Shown here one piece after another: positions 28,506 through 42,183 of a stretch of DNA of 45,543 nt. Position 1 is the stretch's first letter. Every line of letters starts with the position of its first letter. The DNA lies in contig PMWA01000057.1 of NCBI GenBank assembly GCA_003166335.1, positions 11,280 through 56,822 of the forward strand, read 5' to 3'. Below the pieces are notes generated by a model. That model ran no database searches. It was not told where the DNA came from and saw only the letters and a program-made list of their open reading frames with translations. This DNA comes from Methanobacterium sp. (lineage in GTDB: Archaea > Methanobacteriota > Methanobacteria > Methanobacteriales > Methanobacteriaceae). A program made the position numbers and the translations under genes.

Positions 28506-30341
28506 TTAGAAATTAACTCGATCCGAGAGTTTTAAAGATAATGGAAGCTTTCTAAATGGCATATTATATGTATCCTGATGTACTAGGTCAATTAACTCAT
28601 CACTACTCATTAACATTTTTTCATTGCTTTCACGAATATTAACCATTAATTGACTGCTTTCAAATTCTTTATCTCCAACTACAATCACATATGGTACCCA
28701 TTCATTTCCAGCATTCCTTATTTTTTTTCCAACTGTTTCTGGCCGGTCATCTACATCAATTCTGATATTTTGTTTCATTAAATCATCGGCCAGATGTAGA
28801 GCAAATTCTAAATGTCTCTCAGCAATTGGTAGTACTCTAACTTGTGTAGGAGAAATCCATACTGGAAACATGGGGGGTTTCTCAGCCATTTTAATCGCGG
28901 TTTTTTCAAGTAAACTACCTATAACTCTTTCAATACTGCCAGTGGGACTGCAGTGGATGATTATGGGATTTAATCCCTCTTCTTCATGATTAATGTAAGT
29001 TATACCGAATCTTTCTGCACTTTCCACGTCGATTTGGATGGTTGGGTTTTCCATTGGTCTGCCCAAATAGTCGATAGCTGCAAAATCCATTTTACAAATC
29101 CAGTAATGTTTTCTTTTTGGTAATATCTCTATAATAATTGGTTTTCCTATTATACTCTGTGCTTGGAAAACCCATTCTCGATTCTCTTTTAGGAAATCTG
29201 CTGTTACTCTCATTATAACTTCATAATTCAGTTTCAGATCATCGCCTGTTTGACTGCACATAGAAATTTGGTTGTTGAATTCCTGCATGGATTGTTCCAT
29301 ATCAGCGCATACAGTGTGCAGATCTGGCATGGTGAATCCTCTTAGTCTTTTAAGTCCAACAACTTCTCCACTTTTCTCTAAGCGGAAGCTGTAAGTTGAT
29401 AATTCATAAATTGCTAGGGGAAGGTTCTTCCAAGTTATGAAGGTGTCAGCTAATATTCTGAATGCACCAAAACAACAAGCGTATCTGAGCATAAGTTCCT
29501 TATTTTTAGTTTGCATACGGTACTGTCTTTCACCAAATTTCTCGGCATGCACCCTGATAGCTTCATCTTCCAAATCATACATTATAGGGGTTTCCACTGG
29601 CATAGCCCCTCTTTCAGTTACCAAATTATAAACATAATCTGCTAAAAGATCTCGGATAAGCTTTCCTTTTGGATACCATCTAAGATGACCTATATCTGCT
29701 GATGGCTCATAACCTGCTAAATTCTTCTCTTTCATAAGTTTAACGTGTGGAGGTTCTTCACCTGAAGATTTAGTTCTATCCAATTCATAATCAACGAGTT
29801 TTTCAAAATCACTGGTTTGATAGGGAAATTCATCCACTTTGTATAGTCTTCCTTTATTGAGGATGTGAAATTTGGATTTTTGAATATGCTGTTCTTCATT
29901 TGGTTGTGTGTCAGTTTTTTCGGGAAGAATGGTTCTAGAAAGTTCTGATAACGGATGGCCTTTACAGGAGACTTCGAAGGATTTATACCAACCAAACGGA
30001 ACTCTAGCAACATTAAGATCGTCTGCCCTTAAATGAGCCTCAATATTATGTAATATCTTTTTTGCAGCATCGGGAGAACTTAGAGATGAGCTTAAATGAG
30101 CGTAAGGATAGATCACAACATTTTCTGCACCTATCTTAGAGAAGATGTCTGCTATCTCTATTGCAGCATTTTCCACCACTGAATCGGGGTTTTTCTCATC
30201 TTCCTTTTCTACTGCCGTGAAAACAACTAATGAATTTTTAAATTCACCTTCTTTATTTTCATCATCTATTTCTTCAGCTATTTTGGTTTTAGACTTGGTT
30301 TTATATTTTATATAATCAGAATGAATTAGGAGTATTCTCAT
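28506..30341 (-). CDS. thrS: Threonine--tRNA ligase (archaeal type)
   Basis: [10 protein letters not shown] editing domain, [33 protein letters not shown] and [10 protein letters not shown]. Confidence 0.97.
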   Translation of the reverse strand: MRILLIHSDYIKYKTKSKTKIAEEIDDENKEGEFKNSLVVFTAVEKEDEKNPDSVVENAAIEIADIFSKIGAENVVIYPYAHLSSSLSSPDAAKKILHNIEAHLRADDLNVARVPFGWYKSFEVSCKGHPLSELSRTILPEKTDTQPNEEQHIQKSKFHILNKGRLYKVDEFPYQTSDFEKLVDYELDRTKSSGEEPPHVKLMKEKNLAGYEPSADIGHLRWYPKGKLIRDLLADYVYNLVTERGAMPVETPIMYDLEDEAIRVHAEKFGERQYRMQTKNKELMLRYACCFGAFRILADTFITWKNLPLAIYELSTYSFRLEKSGEVVGLKRLRGFTMPDLHTVCADMEQSMQEFNNQISMCSQTGDDLKLNYEVIMRVTADFLKENREWVFQAQSIIGKPIIIEILPKRKHYWICKMDFAAIDYLGRPMENPTIQIDVESAERFGITYINHEEEGLNPIIIHCSPTGSIERVIGSLLEKTAIKMAEKPPMFPVWISPTQVRVLPIAERHLEFALHLADDLMKQNIRIDVDDRPETVGKKIRNAGNEWVPYVIVVGDKEFESSQLMVNIRESNEKMLMSSDELIDLVHQDTYNMPFRKLPLSLKLSDRVNF

Positions 30342-30624
30342 CTCATACCACCAGTAATTATAGTATTAATTTGATAAAATTTCTAAATAAAAATATCACT
30401 TGCTATGATATTTATATCCTATCATGTTCTATACAATTTATATTAAATGTTAAATGGTTCAATTAAATAATTTAAAATATTCATTTTAAGAACTAATTTT
30501 AAAACTAGGATAAAGAATAAATCTATTTAGTTACCATATTATCAACATATAGTAAAATAATTGTATTTAGTAATATTTTGTTCAAATTTAATAAGATAAG
30601 ATAAATTTTCATGGTGAATTTTGA

Positions 30625-32280
30625 ATGAAAAGTGACAATATTAAAAAGGGACTGCAGAGAGCCCCTCACAGATCCTTGCTTCGGGCCTGTGGTGTTACAG
30701 ATGATGAGATGGAACGACCATTTATTGGGGTGGCTAATAGTTTTACTGATATAGTACCAGGTCATATTCATCTTAATCAAGTTTCTAAAGCTGTTAAATT
30801 AGGTATAAGTGAAGCTGGTGGCGTGCCTTTTGAATTTAATACCATGGCTATCTGTGATGGAATTGCTATGAATCATGAGGGTATGCGCTATTCCTTAGCT
30901 TCCCGAGAGATTATTGCAGATACTGTTGAAAGTATGGCTCAAGCTCATCAACTTGATGCTTTGGTTCTTATACCCACCTGTGATAAAATAGTTCCCGGAA
31001 TGCTGATGGCAGTTGCCAGAGTTGATATTCCTTCCATTGTAGTTACTGGAGGTCCTATGTTACCCGGAGACTATAATGGAAAGCCTGTGAATTTAATAAC
31101 TATTTATGAAGCTGTGGGGGCAGTTTCCTCAGGAAAAATGGCGGAAGAAGAATTAGATGAACTTGAACGATGTGCTTGTCCTGGTGCAGGTTCTTGTGCT
31201 GGTCTTTTCACAGCTAACACCATGGCTTGTCTCACTGAAGCCATGGGTATGAGTTTACCTTACTGCGCCACGACACATGCTGTTTCTGCAAAGAAAATTC
31301 AAATTGCAAGGGAATCTGGAAAGCAAATTATGGGTTTATTGAATAAAAACATAACTCCTTCTAGAATAATGTCTCAAAAAGCCTTCGAAAACGCGGTGGT
31401 AGTTGATTTAGCTTTGGGTGGTTCTTCTAATAGCACTCTACATTTGCCGGCAATAGCTTATGAGTTACTGGATCAGGGAGTTAAAGTAGATTTGGATTTA
31501 TTCGAGGATTTCAGTAGGAAAATTCCACATATTGCTAGTATAAGTCCTGCAGGAGAGCATAGCATGCTTGATTTGGATAAAGCTGGTGGTATTCCTGCCG
31601 TATTAACTGTACTTGGGGATAATATTAATCAAAATGTAGTTACTTGTACTGGAAAAAGCCTTAAAGAAAATATTGAAAATGTAAAGGTTATGGATCATAC
31701 CGTTATAAGAACTTTGGATAATCCGGTTCATCAAGAAGGAGGATTAGCTATTTTAAAGGGTAATTTAGCTCCTAAGGGCAGTGTAGTTAAACAAAGTGCG
31801 GTTGATCAGAATATGATGATCCATGAAGGCCCTGCTCGAGTTTTTGATAGTGAAGAAGAATGTGTAAAAGCCATTTTCCAAGGCGAAATTCAAGAAGGCG
31901 ATGTAATTATTATAAGATATGAAGGTCCTAAGGGAGGGCCTGGAATGAGGGAAATGCTAAATCCCACTTCAGCCATATCTGGGATGGAAATTAAATCTGT
32001 AGTCCTCATAACTGATGGGAGATTTTCAGGAGGTACTAGAGGTCCTTGTATTGGTCATGTGTCACCGGAAGCTGCAGCAAACGGGCCCATATCAGTTGTT
32101 CGTGATAGTGATATTATCAGGATAGATATTCCAAAGAGAAAGCTGGAATTTGTAGTATCAGATGAAGAAATTGAAAAAAGGCTTAAAGAAGTGGTTAAAC
32201 CTCAAAGGAATGTTAAAGGCTGGTTATCGAGGTATATGAGAATGGCTAGTTCTGCAGATGAAGGAGCAGTCCTAAAATAG
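30625..32280 (+). CDS. ilvD: Dihydroxy-acid dehydratase
   Basis: [37 protein letters not shown] and [11 protein letters not shown]. Confidence 0.97.
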   Translation: MKSDNIKKGLQRAPHRSLLRACGVTDDEMERPFIGVANSFTDIVPGHIHLNQVSKAVKLGISEAGGVPFEFNTMAICDGIAMNHEGMRYSLASREIIADTVESMAQAHQLDALVLIPTCDKIVPGMLMAVARVDIPSIVVTGGPMLPGDYNGKPVNLITIYEAVGAVSSGKMAEEELDELERCACPGAGSCAGLFTANTMACLTEAMGMSLPYCATTHAVSAKKIQIARESGKQIMGLLNKNITPSRIMSQKAFENAVVVDLALGGSSNSTLHLPAIAYELLDQGVKVDLDLFEDFSRKIPHIASISPAGEHSMLDLDKAGGIPAVLTVLGDNINQNVVTCTGKSLKENIENVKVMDHTVIRTLDNPVHQEGGLAILKGNLAPKGSVVKQSAVDQNMMIHEGPARVFDSEEECVKAIFQGEIQEGDVIIIRYEGPKGGPGMREMLNPTSAISGMEIKSVVLITDGRFSGGTRGPCIGHVSPEAAANGPISVVRDSDIIRIDIPKRKLEFVVSDEEIEKRLKEVVKPQRNVKGWLSRYMRMASSADEGAVLK

Positions 32281-32289
32281 GTGGTTTTA

Positions 32290-32739
32290 ATGACTCAGAC
32301 TCAAGAAATAATAGGTTATGTAGCTATCATAATTATTGGAATAATTTTAGCTCAGCATTTGAACGTGGTGGTTTCTGGAAGTATGGAACCTGTTTTTTAT
32401 AGGGGAGATGTAGTAGTTATTGAGAAAGCCGATTTTTTAGGCTTACAAGAATTTAACACCAGCGATGTAAATGTTGGAGATATAGTAGTATATGATGCTA
32501 CATGGTTCCCTGAACCGGTTATTCACCGTGTTATATTTAAGGGCACAAGTCCTGAAGGACAGTTATACTATGTTACAAAGGGAGATAATAACCCCGGACC
32601 CGATCCGGTGGTGGTTTATCCAAACCAAATAGAGGCTAAAGTGGTTTCACTGGGTAGTACTCCAGGTATGAATCCTATAAAGATACCATATGTAGGTTAT
32701 ATCACCATTTGGATCAGAGGAATTCCTGCGTCGAGTTAA
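32290..32739 (+). CDS. Signal peptidase I (archaeal/Sec11 type)
   Basis: [20 protein letters not shown] and IPYVG. Confidence 0.92.
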   Translation: MTQTQEIIGYVAIIIIGIILAQHLNVVVSGSMEPVFYRGDVVVIEKADFLGLQEFNTSDVNVGDIVVYDATWFPEPVIHRVIFKGTSPEGQLYYVTKGDNNPGPDPVVVYPNQIEAKVVSLGSTPGMNPIKIPYVGYITIWIRGIPASS

Positions 32740-32887
32740 ATAAATTGTAATTTGAATTTAAAGTAATTTTTTTGAGCATAAAATAAATGTTCTTTTATAT
32801 TACTTTTTTTATATATTATATTATAAATTGATAAAAGTAATCCGTAGAATAATATCATAATTCAATAAATGCTTTTTAGGGGATTTT

Positions 32888-34585
32888 ATGTATAGAAAAT
32901 TAGAATTAGAGATTATAAAATCAATTAAAGATGCTATTAAAACTCTAAACTGGGAAATTCCGGATAACATTCCAATAGAGCAACCTCCCCGTGATAATAT
33001 GGGAGATATCGCTACATCAGTTTCATTCGAATTAGCAAGACAACTCAAAAGATCTCCAATGGAAATAAATCAAGAGATTCTACAAGTGATGGATAAGCCA
33101 GATATATTCAAACAGGTTGAATCTATAGGTCCTTACTTAAACTTCAGAATAGATTATCAAAAATTCTCTATACTGGTTTTAAAATCGATTAATGAAAATT
33201 ATGGAGAATTAGAGAATAAAAATTTAAAGATAATATTGGAACATACTTCAGCAAATCCTAACGGCCCATTACACATTGGTCATATTAGAAATTCTATAAT
33301 TGGCGATTCATTAGCACGTATATTAATATCCGCAGGATATAATGTGGAAACTCAGTATTACGTTAATGATATGGGTCGCCAAATAGCCATGATAGTATGG
33401 GGACTTATAAAACAGGGATATGAGATAAATGAATCAGAAAAATCAGATCATGCCATTGGAAAAACCTATTTACAAGTTAATAAGGATCTGAAAGCTAATC
33501 CTAAATTTAGAAATGAAGTAGATAAATTGATGAATATATATGAAGAAGGTAATGATCCTGAAGTTGAAAACAAGTTTAAAATGGTAGTTAATAACTGTTT
33601 AGATGGAATCGAAGCCACTTCAAAGCGTCTGAAAATAAGTCATGATGCTTTCATATGGGAAAGTACCTTGATAAAGGATGGATCTGTAGATGAAATATTA
33701 AAATTACTAGAAGAACACTTACAAAAAAATGAAGTATTGTATCTCAATTTAGAGGATTATGGAGTAGAAAAGGAACTTATATTGACTAGATCTAATGGAA
33801 CATCTCTTTATTCCACACGTGATATTGCATATCATCTTGAAAAATCAAATAACGCCGATATAATAATAGATGTTCTTGGTTCAGATCATAAGTTAGCTAT
33901 TGAACAGTTAAAGATTGCATTAGAGTTGATAGGTGGAAAAAAACCTGAAGTTATATTTTATGAATTTATAACTCTACCTGAAGGTTCTATGTCTACTAGA
34001 CGAGGCATATTTATCAGCGTTGATGAATTAATGGAAGAATCCGTAGAGAGAGCTCATAACGAAATAAGGAAAAGACGAGAAGACATAGATCCTTTAATAG
34101 CTGCAGAAATAGCTGAAAAAATTGGTATTGGAGCTATAAGATATTATATCGCACGTCTTTCACCGGAAAAACATATAGTTTTTAAATGGGATGAAGCTTT
34201 GAGCTTTGAAAGAGGCTGTGCATCTATACAGTATGCTCATGCTCGGGCTTGTAAATTACTAGAGAAAGCTGGTGAATTCAAATTCTCTGGAGTTGATTTA
34301 GAAAATTTTCTATCGAATTATGATTTAGAGAGCTTTGAAATGGATTTGATCAAAATTTTATCTCGTTTTACTTCTATAATTGAGGAATCCGCTGAAAGCA
34401 GGAAAGTACATAGATTGGCACAATACAGCTTAGATTTGGCTAGTGCTTTTAACAAATTTTATAAATCAATGCCAGTAATAGGATCCGATGAGGAAGCTTT
34501 CAGACTCCTTTTAGTTGATAAATCAAGGATAACTATCAGAAACTCACTGGATCTTCTAGGTATTGATGCACCGGAATCAATGTAA
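32888..34585 (+). CDS. argS: Arginine--tRNA ligase
   Basis: [30 protein letters not shown] and QYAHARAC. Confidence 0.97.
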   Translation: MYRKLELEIIKSIKDAIKTLNWEIPDNIPIEQPPRDNMGDIATSVSFELARQLKRSPMEINQEILQVMDKPDIFKQVESIGPYLNFRIDYQKFSILVLKSINENYGELENKNLKIILEHTSANPNGPLHIGHIRNSIIGDSLARILISAGYNVETQYYVNDMGRQIAMIVWGLIKQGYEINESEKSDHAIGKTYLQVNKDLKANPKFRNEVDKLMNIYEEGNDPEVENKFKMVVNNCLDGIEATSKRLKISHDAFIWESTLIKDGSVDEILKLLEEHLQKNEVLYLNLEDYGVEKELILTRSNGTSLYSTRDIAYHLEKSNNADIIIDVLGSDHKLAIEQLKIALELIGGKKPEVIFYEFITLPEGSMSTRRGIFISVDELMEESVERAHNEIRKRREDIDPLIAAEIAEKIGIGAIRYYIARLSPEKHIVFKWDEALSFERGCASIQYAHARACKLLEKAGEFKFSGVDLENFLSNYDLESFEMDLIKILSRFTSIIEESAESRKVHRLAQYSLDLASAFNKFYKSMPVIGSDEEAFRLLLVDKSRITIRNSLDLLGIDAPESM

Positions 34586-34632
34586 AAAAGCTTTCAATAA
34601 AGAAATTAAAGAATATTTGTAAAAATAGTTCT

Positions 34633-35949
34633 TTAGATGCTTTTTATTTCATGCATATGCTGAATTCTTTTTTCTATCAGCTTTAAAGTACCAACATCTC
34701 GGCGATGGTAGACTTCTCCCTTCACATATTGCGTTGATGCTTCACAAACCTTTTCCGCATCTGCTATATTATCATCCATCGCTACTAAAGCTAAAGCTCT
34801 TGAAGAAGAAGTATAAATTTCATTATTATTCTGATTTACGGCAGCGTAATAAATCAAAGCTCCTAACTCATTTATTTTATTTTCATTAATATTTAAAACT
34901 TGATTAGAGCCTTCAGCATTTAAAGGATATCCGTTAGGGACTATATATTTACATACCGTGGCTAAAGGCTTAAAATTAGCTGTTCGTAAAGTACCATCAA
35001 CTATATCTTCACATAAATCTACAAAACTGGAATTAATAAGAGGTAAGACATTCATAGCTTCAGGATCTCCAAATCTAGCATTGTATTCCACTAAACGAGG
35101 TCCATCATTACAGAGCATAAATTGACCGTAGAGTATACCTTTATAAGGTCCTACTTCGGTTTTAATTGCTTTTATAGTCTCTTCCATTATTTTAACAGAT
35201 TCTAAATAACTTTTTTTATCTAAAAAAGGTAATAATCCGTTTTTATCAGAATAAGATCCCATTCCCCCAGTTATAGGTCCTATGTCCCCTTCATATGCAT
35301 GAGGATGATCCTGAGCTGCAGGCATAGGAATAAGATGATCACCATCAACCAAAGCTTGGACAGTGAATTCTTCACCAATTAATCTCTCCTCGATTACTAC
35401 TCGAGCGTGTCCTCCAATTTTATTATCGATGACTTCTTTAGCATAGTTTTTAGCATCTTCAGCATCTTTTAAATGTTCTCCAACAATCTTAACACCTTTT
35501 CCACCAGTTAATCCAATGGGTTTTACTACAACATCCTTGTCGAAATCTTTTATAAATTTTCCTGCATCTTGAACGTTGTCGAATACCTTATAAACTAGTG
35601 AGCCGTTGATATTATAATCTTGGAAGAGGTTTCGCATGAATTCTTTATCAGTTTCAATACGAGCTGCTTCCTTAGTTGGCCCCACACATTTTATGCCTTT
35701 TTTTTCCAATGAATTAACTATACCTTTTTCCAATGGTGCTTCTGGTCCTATGATGGCCATATCCACCTTATTTTCCAATGCATATTTCTCGACGCTAGGT
35801 ATATCATTTTCATTTGAAATATGAAATTTTGATATCCTAGATATTCCGGGATTGTGTTTACTCATAATAGAATATAATTCTGCATCTTTAGCTATAGACT
35901 GGCAAATGGCATGTTCTCTGGCTCCAGTTCCCACTACAAGAATTCTCAT
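34633..35949 (-). CDS. purD: Phosphoribosylamine--glycine ligase
   Basis: [29 protein letters not shown] and [10 protein letters not shown]. Confidence 0.97.
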   Translation of the reverse strand: MRILVVGTGAREHAICQSIAKDAELYSIMSKHNPGISRISKFHISNENDIPSVEKYALENKVDMAIIGPEAPLEKGIVNSLEKKGIKCVGPTKEAARIETDKEFMRNLFQDYNINGSLVYKVFDNVQDAGKFIKDFDKDVVVKPIGLTGGKGVKIVGEHLKDAEDAKNYAKEVIDNKIGGHARVVIEERLIGEEFTVQALVDGDHLIPMPAAQDHPHAYEGDIGPITGGMGSYSDKNGLLPFLDKKSYLESVKIMEETIKAIKTEVGPYKGILYGQFMLCNDGPRLVEYNARFGDPEAMNVLPLINSSFVDLCEDIVDGTLRTANFKPLATVCKYIVPNGYPLNAEGSNQVLNINENKINELGALIYYAAVNQNNNEIYTSSSRALALVAMDDNIADAEKVCEASTQYVKGEVYHRRDVGTLKLIEKRIQHMHEIKSI

Positions 35950-36727
35950 AAATAAATCCTCCTACAACGTCTTTTTGATTGAGATTTCTATTGTGAAATA
36001 TTTATTCTCACATATTTATAAAGAAGAATTTTAAGTGAATACATTATATCACTACAGTACAATAAATTTAGGAATATAAAAATTATTTTATTTTATTATT
36101 TTAACTTAATTTAACTTAATTAATTATATTAATTAGATCAATTATGAAGAATAAAAAAATTATAGAATTAATGTGCTTTTCGAGTTTTAATTAGAGAAAA
36201 TACGTGGATAGGTTTTTATTAATCATTAAGGCGTCCTTTATCTAAATAGATAAGTATGTTTTATTTTATATAAAATTTAAAAAAATTTTTTTTAGAATAT
36301 CGTAATTAATTAATACTATTAATAAAAACAATATTTCTCTATTATATTTAATAAATGATTATATACTGTTCATTGCATGTAAAAAGATGATAAAAGAAGA
36401 TTTAAATTAATTTTCAGCTTCTTTGGATCAGACGGAGGATTTTATAATATATCTTGAGATGAAGAAGTAGTTTTTTGATAAAAATTAATTCTATTCAAAA
36501 TAGAGAATTTTGTCAACAATTATGTAAAACCAAAAAAAATTTGATTGTAGAAAAAAATAAACATTATAGTAAGATTATGATAAATTCTATTAAAAAAAGT
36601 TTAAAGAAATTTATATGTTCCAACAGTAATAATCATGAATGTAGTGCTAAAGTAGTAGATGAAATAGTTATATAATTGATATTTATTTCACCGATTAAAA
36701 AAATAAATATTATTTAAGGTGTTTTTT

Positions 36728-38479
36728 ATGAAAGGCGGCGAAGCTATAATCAAATCATTGCAAGATCACGGAGTAGACGTAGTTTTCGGATATCCGGGAG
36801 GAGTACTTCTTCCTTTATATGATGTGATCTATGATTCTGACTTGAAACATATATTAGTAAGACATGAACAATGTGCTGCTCATGCAGCAGATGGTTATGC
36901 TCGAGCATCAGGAAAAGTTGGTGTATGCATCGGTACTTCAGGTCCAGGAGCCACGAATCTTGTTACTGGAATTGCAACTGCTTATATGGATTCTTCACCA
37001 ATAATAGCCATTGCTGGGCAGGTTGGAACTAGTTTAATTGGTAAAGATGCATTTCAAGAAGTAGACACTCTAGGAATAACTATGCCTATTACCAAACATA
37101 ACTTCCAAGCTATGAAAGCGGATGAAATACCCGGAATGATAAAAGCAGGTTTCTACATAGCCAAAACGGGTAGACCCGGCCCAATAGTTTTGGATCTTCC
37201 TAAAGATGTACAGGAGGAGGAATTTGATTATAAAAAGGATCTTAAGATAGATCTACCGGGATACAAACCAACAAAAAAAGGACATACCTTACAAATAAAA
37301 AAAGCTGCAAATTTAATTCTAGAGTCTAAAAAACCAGTAATATTAGCAGGTGGCGGTGTAATCCATTCAAAATCTTCTGCAGAACTTTTAAAACTTTCAG
37401 AACTTATAAGAGCACCTGTAACCACTACCCTAATGGGTAAAGGATCCTTCCCTGAAGATCATAAATTATCTTTGGGTATGTTAGGAATGCACGGTAGAAA
37501 GGTTGCAAATATTGTAGTGGATGAATGTGACTGCCTAATTGCGATAGGATGTCGTTTTTCGGATAGAACCACGGGTAATGTTGAAGAATTCGCAAGTAAA
37601 GCTAAAATAATCCATATTGATGTTGATCCTGCTGAAATTGGGAAGAATATTGATGTTAATGTGCCTATCGTGGGTGATGCTAAAAATACATTGACCAGTC
37701 TCATCAGGAACATTACTAATATTAAAATAAGTGCTGAAAATGTAACTAAAGCTAAAAAATGGACAGATTATATCTTTGATTTCAAAAATAATTGTATGCC
37801 ACGTCTTTCATTTGAAGATGTTCCCCTAAAACCGCAGCAGGTTATAAAAGAAATAATGGAATCAGTTGATAAAGACACCATAGTTACAACCGATGTAGGT
37901 CAAAATCAGATGTGGATGGCTCATTACTTTACATCTAAGATCCCCAGAACTTTTTTATCATCAGGAGGACTGGGAACTATGGGTTTCGGATTTCCAGCGG
38001 CCATGGGAGCTAAAGTAGCATTGCCGGAAAGTGATGTGGTTTCCGTATGTGGCGACGGGGGCTTCCTGATGGTCTGCCAAGAATTAGCTACAATAAAAGA
38101 ATATGACATACCCATAGTGGTCTGCGTTTTAGACAACCGCTACTTGGGAATGGTAGCACAGTGGCAAAAACTCTTTTATGATGGTAGAATATCTCACACT
38201 CGCCTAGGAGATGTGCCTGACTTTGTTAAATTAGCAGAAGCCTTTGGAGTTAAAGGTGAGAAAGTGGAAAGACCAGGTGAGATGAAGGAAACTCTAAAAA
38301 ATGCTTTAAATTCTGGAGAGCCTACTATTATTGATGTTATCATTGATCCGGATGAAATTTTACCGATGGTGCCCCCCGGATGTGGACTTACCGAGATAGT
38401 AGGTGAATATAAAGTGGAAAGGGAATTTTCAGGTGAAATACCCTATGTTAAACCAGCCCATGGTGGTGGGGGTGATTGA
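36728..38479 (+). CDS. ilvB: Acetolactate synthase large subunit
   Basis: [36 protein letters not shown] and GDGGF...N ThDP motif. Confidence 0.95.
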   Translation: MKGGEAIIKSLQDHGVDVVFGYPGGVLLPLYDVIYDSDLKHILVRHEQCAAHAADGYARASGKVGVCIGTSGPGATNLVTGIATAYMDSSPIIAIAGQVGTSLIGKDAFQEVDTLGITMPITKHNFQAMKADEIPGMIKAGFYIAKTGRPGPIVLDLPKDVQEEEFDYKKDLKIDLPGYKPTKKGHTLQIKKAANLILESKKPVILAGGGVIHSKSSAELLKLSELIRAPVTTTLMGKGSFPEDHKLSLGMLGMHGRKVANIVVDECDCLIAIGCRFSDRTTGNVEEFASKAKIIHIDVDPAEIGKNIDVNVPIVGDAKNTLTSLIRNITNIKISAENVTKAKKWTDYIFDFKNNCMPRLSFEDVPLKPQQVIKEIMESVDKDTIVTTDVGQNQMWMAHYFTSKIPRTFLSSGGLGTMGFGFPAAMGAKVALPESDVVSVCGDGGFLMVCQELATIKEYDIPIVVCVLDNRYLGMVAQWQKLFYDGRISHTRLGDVPDFVKLAEAFGVKGEKVERPGEMKETLKNALNSGEPTIIDVIIDPDEILPMVPPGCGLTEIVGEYKVEREFSGEIPYVKPAHGGGGD

Positions 38480-38480
38480 T

Positions 38481-38981
38481 ATGGATGAGCAGCGTAGCCA
38501 TATAATAAGTGCTTTGGTATTACATAGACCTGGTGTTTTACAACGAGTAGCGGGTCTTTTTACTAGAAGGGGGTTTAATATAGAAACTATTACAGTAGGA
38601 ACTTCGGAACAGGATGATATGGCCCGGATGACCATAATTGCTCGGGGAGATGGGAAAGTCTTAGAGCAGATAACTAAACAACTGAATAAATTAATTGATG
38701 TCATCAAAGTACGAGATTTAGAGCCTGAAAATACTGTAGAACGAGAATTATGCTTAATCAAAGTGCATGCTCCTGCAGAGCATGTAAGATCTGAAGTTAT
38801 ACAATACGCCAATATTTTCAGGGGTAGAATAATTGATGTTGGTATAGAAACTCTTACCATAGAGATAACAGGAACACCGGATAAAATAGAAGCTCTTATA
38901 GATTTGTTAAGAGTATTTGGAATTAAAGAAATTGCAAGAACCGGCCCCACAGCTATATCAAGAGGAACTAAAATTATTTAA
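38481..38981 (+). CDS. ilvN: Acetolactate synthase small (regulatory) subunit
   Basis: [37 protein letters not shown] and EIARTG; GGTGA RBS before ATG 38481. Confidence 0.95.
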   Translation: MDEQRSHIISALVLHRPGVLQRVAGLFTRRGFNIETITVGTSEQDDMARMTIIARGDGKVLEQITKQLNKLIDVIKVRDLEPENTVERELCLIKVHAPAEHVRSEVIQYANIFRGRIIDVGIETLTIEITGTPDKIEALIDLLRVFGIKEIARTGPTAISRGTKII

Positions 38982-39055
38982 CATTCTTTTAGATTAATAT
39001 TAAACTTAAAAAAAAAATTCGTGCTATAAAGAAAAATTTAATGGAGTAAAATAAA

Positions 39056-40036
39056 ATGTATTATGAAAATGATGTGAATATGAAAATCTTGAAGGATAAA
39101 ATCATTGCCGTAATAGGATATGGAAGCCAAGGAATGGCTCAAGCTAGAAACATGGCGGATAGTGAATTAAATATAATAGTTGGATTAAGAAAAGAGGGTG
39201 CCTCATGGAATGCAGCAAAAAATGATGGGATGAATGTTTTATCTGTCGAAGGTGCTGCCGAAGAAGCAGACATAATACATATGCTTATACCGGATGAAAT
39301 TCAGTCCAAAGTCTATCATGATTCAATTAAAGATGGATTAGAGGAAAGTAACACTTTATCCTTTTCACATGGTTACAACATTCACTATGGATACATCAAA
39401 CCACCTGAAAACATTAACATCACCATGATAGCTCCTAAAGGGCCAGGAGCAATGGTTAGACAAACTTATATTGAGGGTTTTGGTATACCTGGTTTAGTTG
39501 CAGTAGAACAGGATTTCACTAAAAACGCCCTTGATATAGCCCTTGCTATGGGTCAAGGATGTGGACTTACCCGTGCCGGAGTACTGGAGACAACATTTAA
39601 AGAAGAAACCGAAACCGATCTATTCGGAGAGCAGGCCGTACTCTGTGGAGGAGCTACAGAGCTTATAAAGGCAGGATTTGAAACCCTAGTTGATGCAGGA
39701 TATCAACCCGAGTTAGCGTATTTTGAGACTTGTCATGAATTAAAACTCATAATAGACCTGATTTACAATAATGGATTTGCAGGTATGTGGGATAATGTAA
39801 GTAACACCGCTGAATTTGGTGGATTGAGTAGGCGAGAAAGAATTATAAATCCTGAAGCTAAACAGGAGATGAAAAAGATTCTGATAGAGATTCAACAGGG
39901 AAAATTTGCTAAGGAATGGGCTTTAGAAAATCAGGCTGGAAAACCTATGTTTAATCGTTTAAGGGATATTGAAGGAGATCTATTAATTGAAAAGGTGGGT
40001 GCCAAGTTAAGAAAACTGTGTGGACTCCAAAAATAA
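39056..40036 (+). CDS. ilvC: Ketol-acid reductoisomerase
   Basis: [29 protein letters not shown] and SNTAEFG. Confidence 0.97.
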   Translation: MYYENDVNMKILKDKIIAVIGYGSQGMAQARNMADSELNIIVGLRKEGASWNAAKNDGMNVLSVEGAAEEADIIHMLIPDEIQSKVYHDSIKDGLEESNTLSFSHGYNIHYGYIKPPENINITMIAPKGPGAMVRQTYIEGFGIPGLVAVEQDFTKNALDIALAMGQGCGLTRAGVLETTFKEETETDLFGEQAVLCGGATELIKAGFETLVDAGYQPELAYFETCHELKLIIDLIYNNGFAGMWDNVSNTAEFGGLSRRERIINPEAKQEMKKILIEIQQGKFAKEWALENQAGKPMFNRLRDIEGDLLIEKVGAKLRKLCGLQK

Positions 40037-40081
40037 TTCTTAACGTCTAAAACTGTTTTCATATTATATAAGAGAGGAATC

Positions 40082-41077
40082 ATGGTTTTCGTAGGTATGG
40101 ATCATGGAACTACTGGAATTTCATTTACTATATTAAGCGAAGAAATGATCCATTTTAAAATTGGGCGGGAAAAACTTTCCAACAAAAAAGTATCAGCAAT
40201 GGAAGAACTTTCAAATAGAGTTGACATTGGTGATATAAAGCTTATGGCTATAACTTATGCTATGGGTGATGGAATAAGTGCCATTACTCCGCTGGAAATG
40301 GTGAAAAATCGGGGAGTTATATCTTTAGGTGGTGCGGGTAAAGTTACTGGTGGCGGGACCGCTGTTTACGATGAAATAAATGATTCATGCATTCCTACAG
40401 TTTTAATTCCCGGAATCCATAGGGGTCTGCCTTCTTTAGATCTCTGCTTTAAATCCGCCTATTCACACCATGCCAGTGCAGAGAAGATTAGTATTTCTTA
40501 TAATGCCTATTTAGAAACTGGTTTTAGAAATATGATAATTTCTGATATCAGTTCTAATACAGTTAGTATCCTTATTGAGGATGGTAGAATTAGAGGAGCC
40601 ATGGATGCCTGCATTGGAGCTATGGGGATAATACATGGTCCTCTGGATCTAGAAATGATTCGAAATATAGATGACGGACTTAAAACAGCTAACGAATGTT
40701 TTTCTCATGCTGGAGCTGTTAAAGTGGCAGAATTATATACTAAAGTCGATTTTGCCAAAGATAAATTGTTAAAAAGTTATCAATCAGGTGACCCTAAAGC
40801 TGAATTAGCCTTTCGCACTATGATAATGACGATAATAATGGAAATATGGGGTTTAGCTGGAATAGCAAATAAAATTGACGGAATAGTATTAACCGGCTCT
40901 ATTGGTTCTATGAATGATCCTTATAATTTTTTTGATAGTATAAAGAATAAAGTAGAAGTTCTTGCTCCTGTAGTGAAGTTACCATCCACATCGGGTAGTG
41001 TTGGAAGTTCACAAATAGCCAAAGCTGTTTATGAAGGCGAAAAAGAGATTCTAGGCATTAAAGTACTTGATTTTTAA
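40082..41077 (+). CDS. Methanogenesis marker protein 12-like
   Basis: FVGMDHGTTG, TYAMGDG, GAGKVTGGGT, YSHHASAEK, DISSNTV and HGPLDLE. Confidence 0.8.
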   Translation: MVFVGMDHGTTGISFTILSEEMIHFKIGREKLSNKKVSAMEELSNRVDIGDIKLMAITYAMGDGISAITPLEMVKNRGVISLGGAGKVTGGGTAVYDEINDSCIPTVLIPGIHRGLPSLDLCFKSAYSHHASAEKISISYNAYLETGFRNMIISDISSNTVSILIEDGRIRGAMDACIGAMGIIHGPLDLEMIRNIDDGLKTANECFSHAGAVKVAELYTKVDFAKDKLLKSYQSGDPKAELAFRTMIMTIIMEIWGLAGIANKIDGIVLTGSIGSMNDPYNFFDSIKNKVEVLAPVVKLPSTSGSVGSSQIAKAVYEGEKEILGIKVLDF

Positions 41078-41252
41078 ATAATATTTGATATAAAATCTTA
41101 ATTTTTTCTACAGTTGAAAATTATTTCCATTTTTTAGTTGATTTTTTTTATACAGTAGAATAAAAAATCGTTAATTAACTAATTATTTCTAATTATAATA
41201 TTAAATTCCTTATTATAATACTTTAAATATTTAAATAATTCTAAATATTTAT

Positions 41253-42029
41253 TTATATCAACCATTTTTTCATCAAATCCATATCAGAAGTTGAATTTAA
41301 AGTGATAGGAGTTAAAGTGGCACACTTTTCCCTTTTAAGAGTGTGCACATCGGTACCAAGATCATCATTCTCAACAGGATCACCATCAATCCAGTAATAA
41401 GGTCTCCCCCGTGGATCTAATCTTTTTTGTATATGTATTTTATACATTCTTTTACCCAATTTAGTTAATTTAATATTATTACTGTCAGGGGTAGATGGTA
41501 TATTCAAGTTTAGAAAATCTACTCCATCTGGAAGGCCTTTATTAATTATAGTCTTAGAAACCTTTCTAGTAATTTTCTGAGCGTGAGAAAAATCTAAATC
41601 CACATGACCATCATGGAATTTAATATCACCCCTAGTAACCTGAAGAGATACAGAAAGTGCAGGTACTCCATGGGCAGCAGCTTCCATAGCTGCACCAATA
41701 GTTCCAGAAGTGGTTAACTCTGACATCCCAAGATTTTCACCAATATTAATTCCAGATATCAATAAATCAGGTTTTTCTCTGACAATCTCGAATATTCCAA
41801 TAATCACTGCATCAGTAGGCGTTCCGGAAACTGAATAAGCTTCACTTCCATCCATAAGCTTAGTAGGTGTTACTCTTATAGGTTCAAAAAGTGATAGAGC
41901 ATGCCCAATACCGCTTTGTTGAGTTGCTGGGGCCACTACATTGATCTGACCCAGATCATCCGCTGCTTTCTTAGCGGCCAGGATTCCTGACGAGTTAACA
42001 CCATCGTCATTAGTAATGAGAATTCTCAT
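41253..42029 (-). CDS. surE: 5'/3'-nucleotidase SurE
   Basis: ILITNDDG, GTPTDAV, SGINIGEN and SGTIGAAMEA. Confidence 0.96.
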   Translation of the reverse strand: MRILITNDDGVNSSGILAAKKAADDLGQINVVAPATQQSGIGHALSLFEPIRVTPTKLMDGSEAYSVSGTPTDAVIIGIFEIVREKPDLLISGINIGENLGMSELTTSGTIGAAMEAAAHGVPALSVSLQVTRGDIKFHDGHVDLDFSHAQKITRKVSKTIINKGLPDGVDFLNLNIPSTPDSNNIKLTKLGKRMYKIHIQKRLDPRGRPYYWIDGDPVENDDLGTDVHTLKREKCATLTPITLNSTSDMDLMKKWLI

Positions 42030-42183
42030 GAATGAATGTATATCCTTATCCTTCAAAAAGTTTATGTGGTATAAAATAGGAACAGTTTTATGTATAAAGA
42101 ACTATTAAAGAAATAATAAAGATATTCATGACCATTAAAATGAGATTACATTTAATAAATTCATCATTCACCTCTATTCTAAG

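Noticed and set aside
36101..36120. TTAACTTAAT tandem duplication
   Set aside because: Two copies in low-complexity AT sequence
36475..36675. 66-aa ORF upstream of ilvB as a gene or attenuator leader peptide
   Set aside because: TTG start, no convincing RBS, composition typical of AT-rich spacer DNA, and no terminator/antiterminator structure seen
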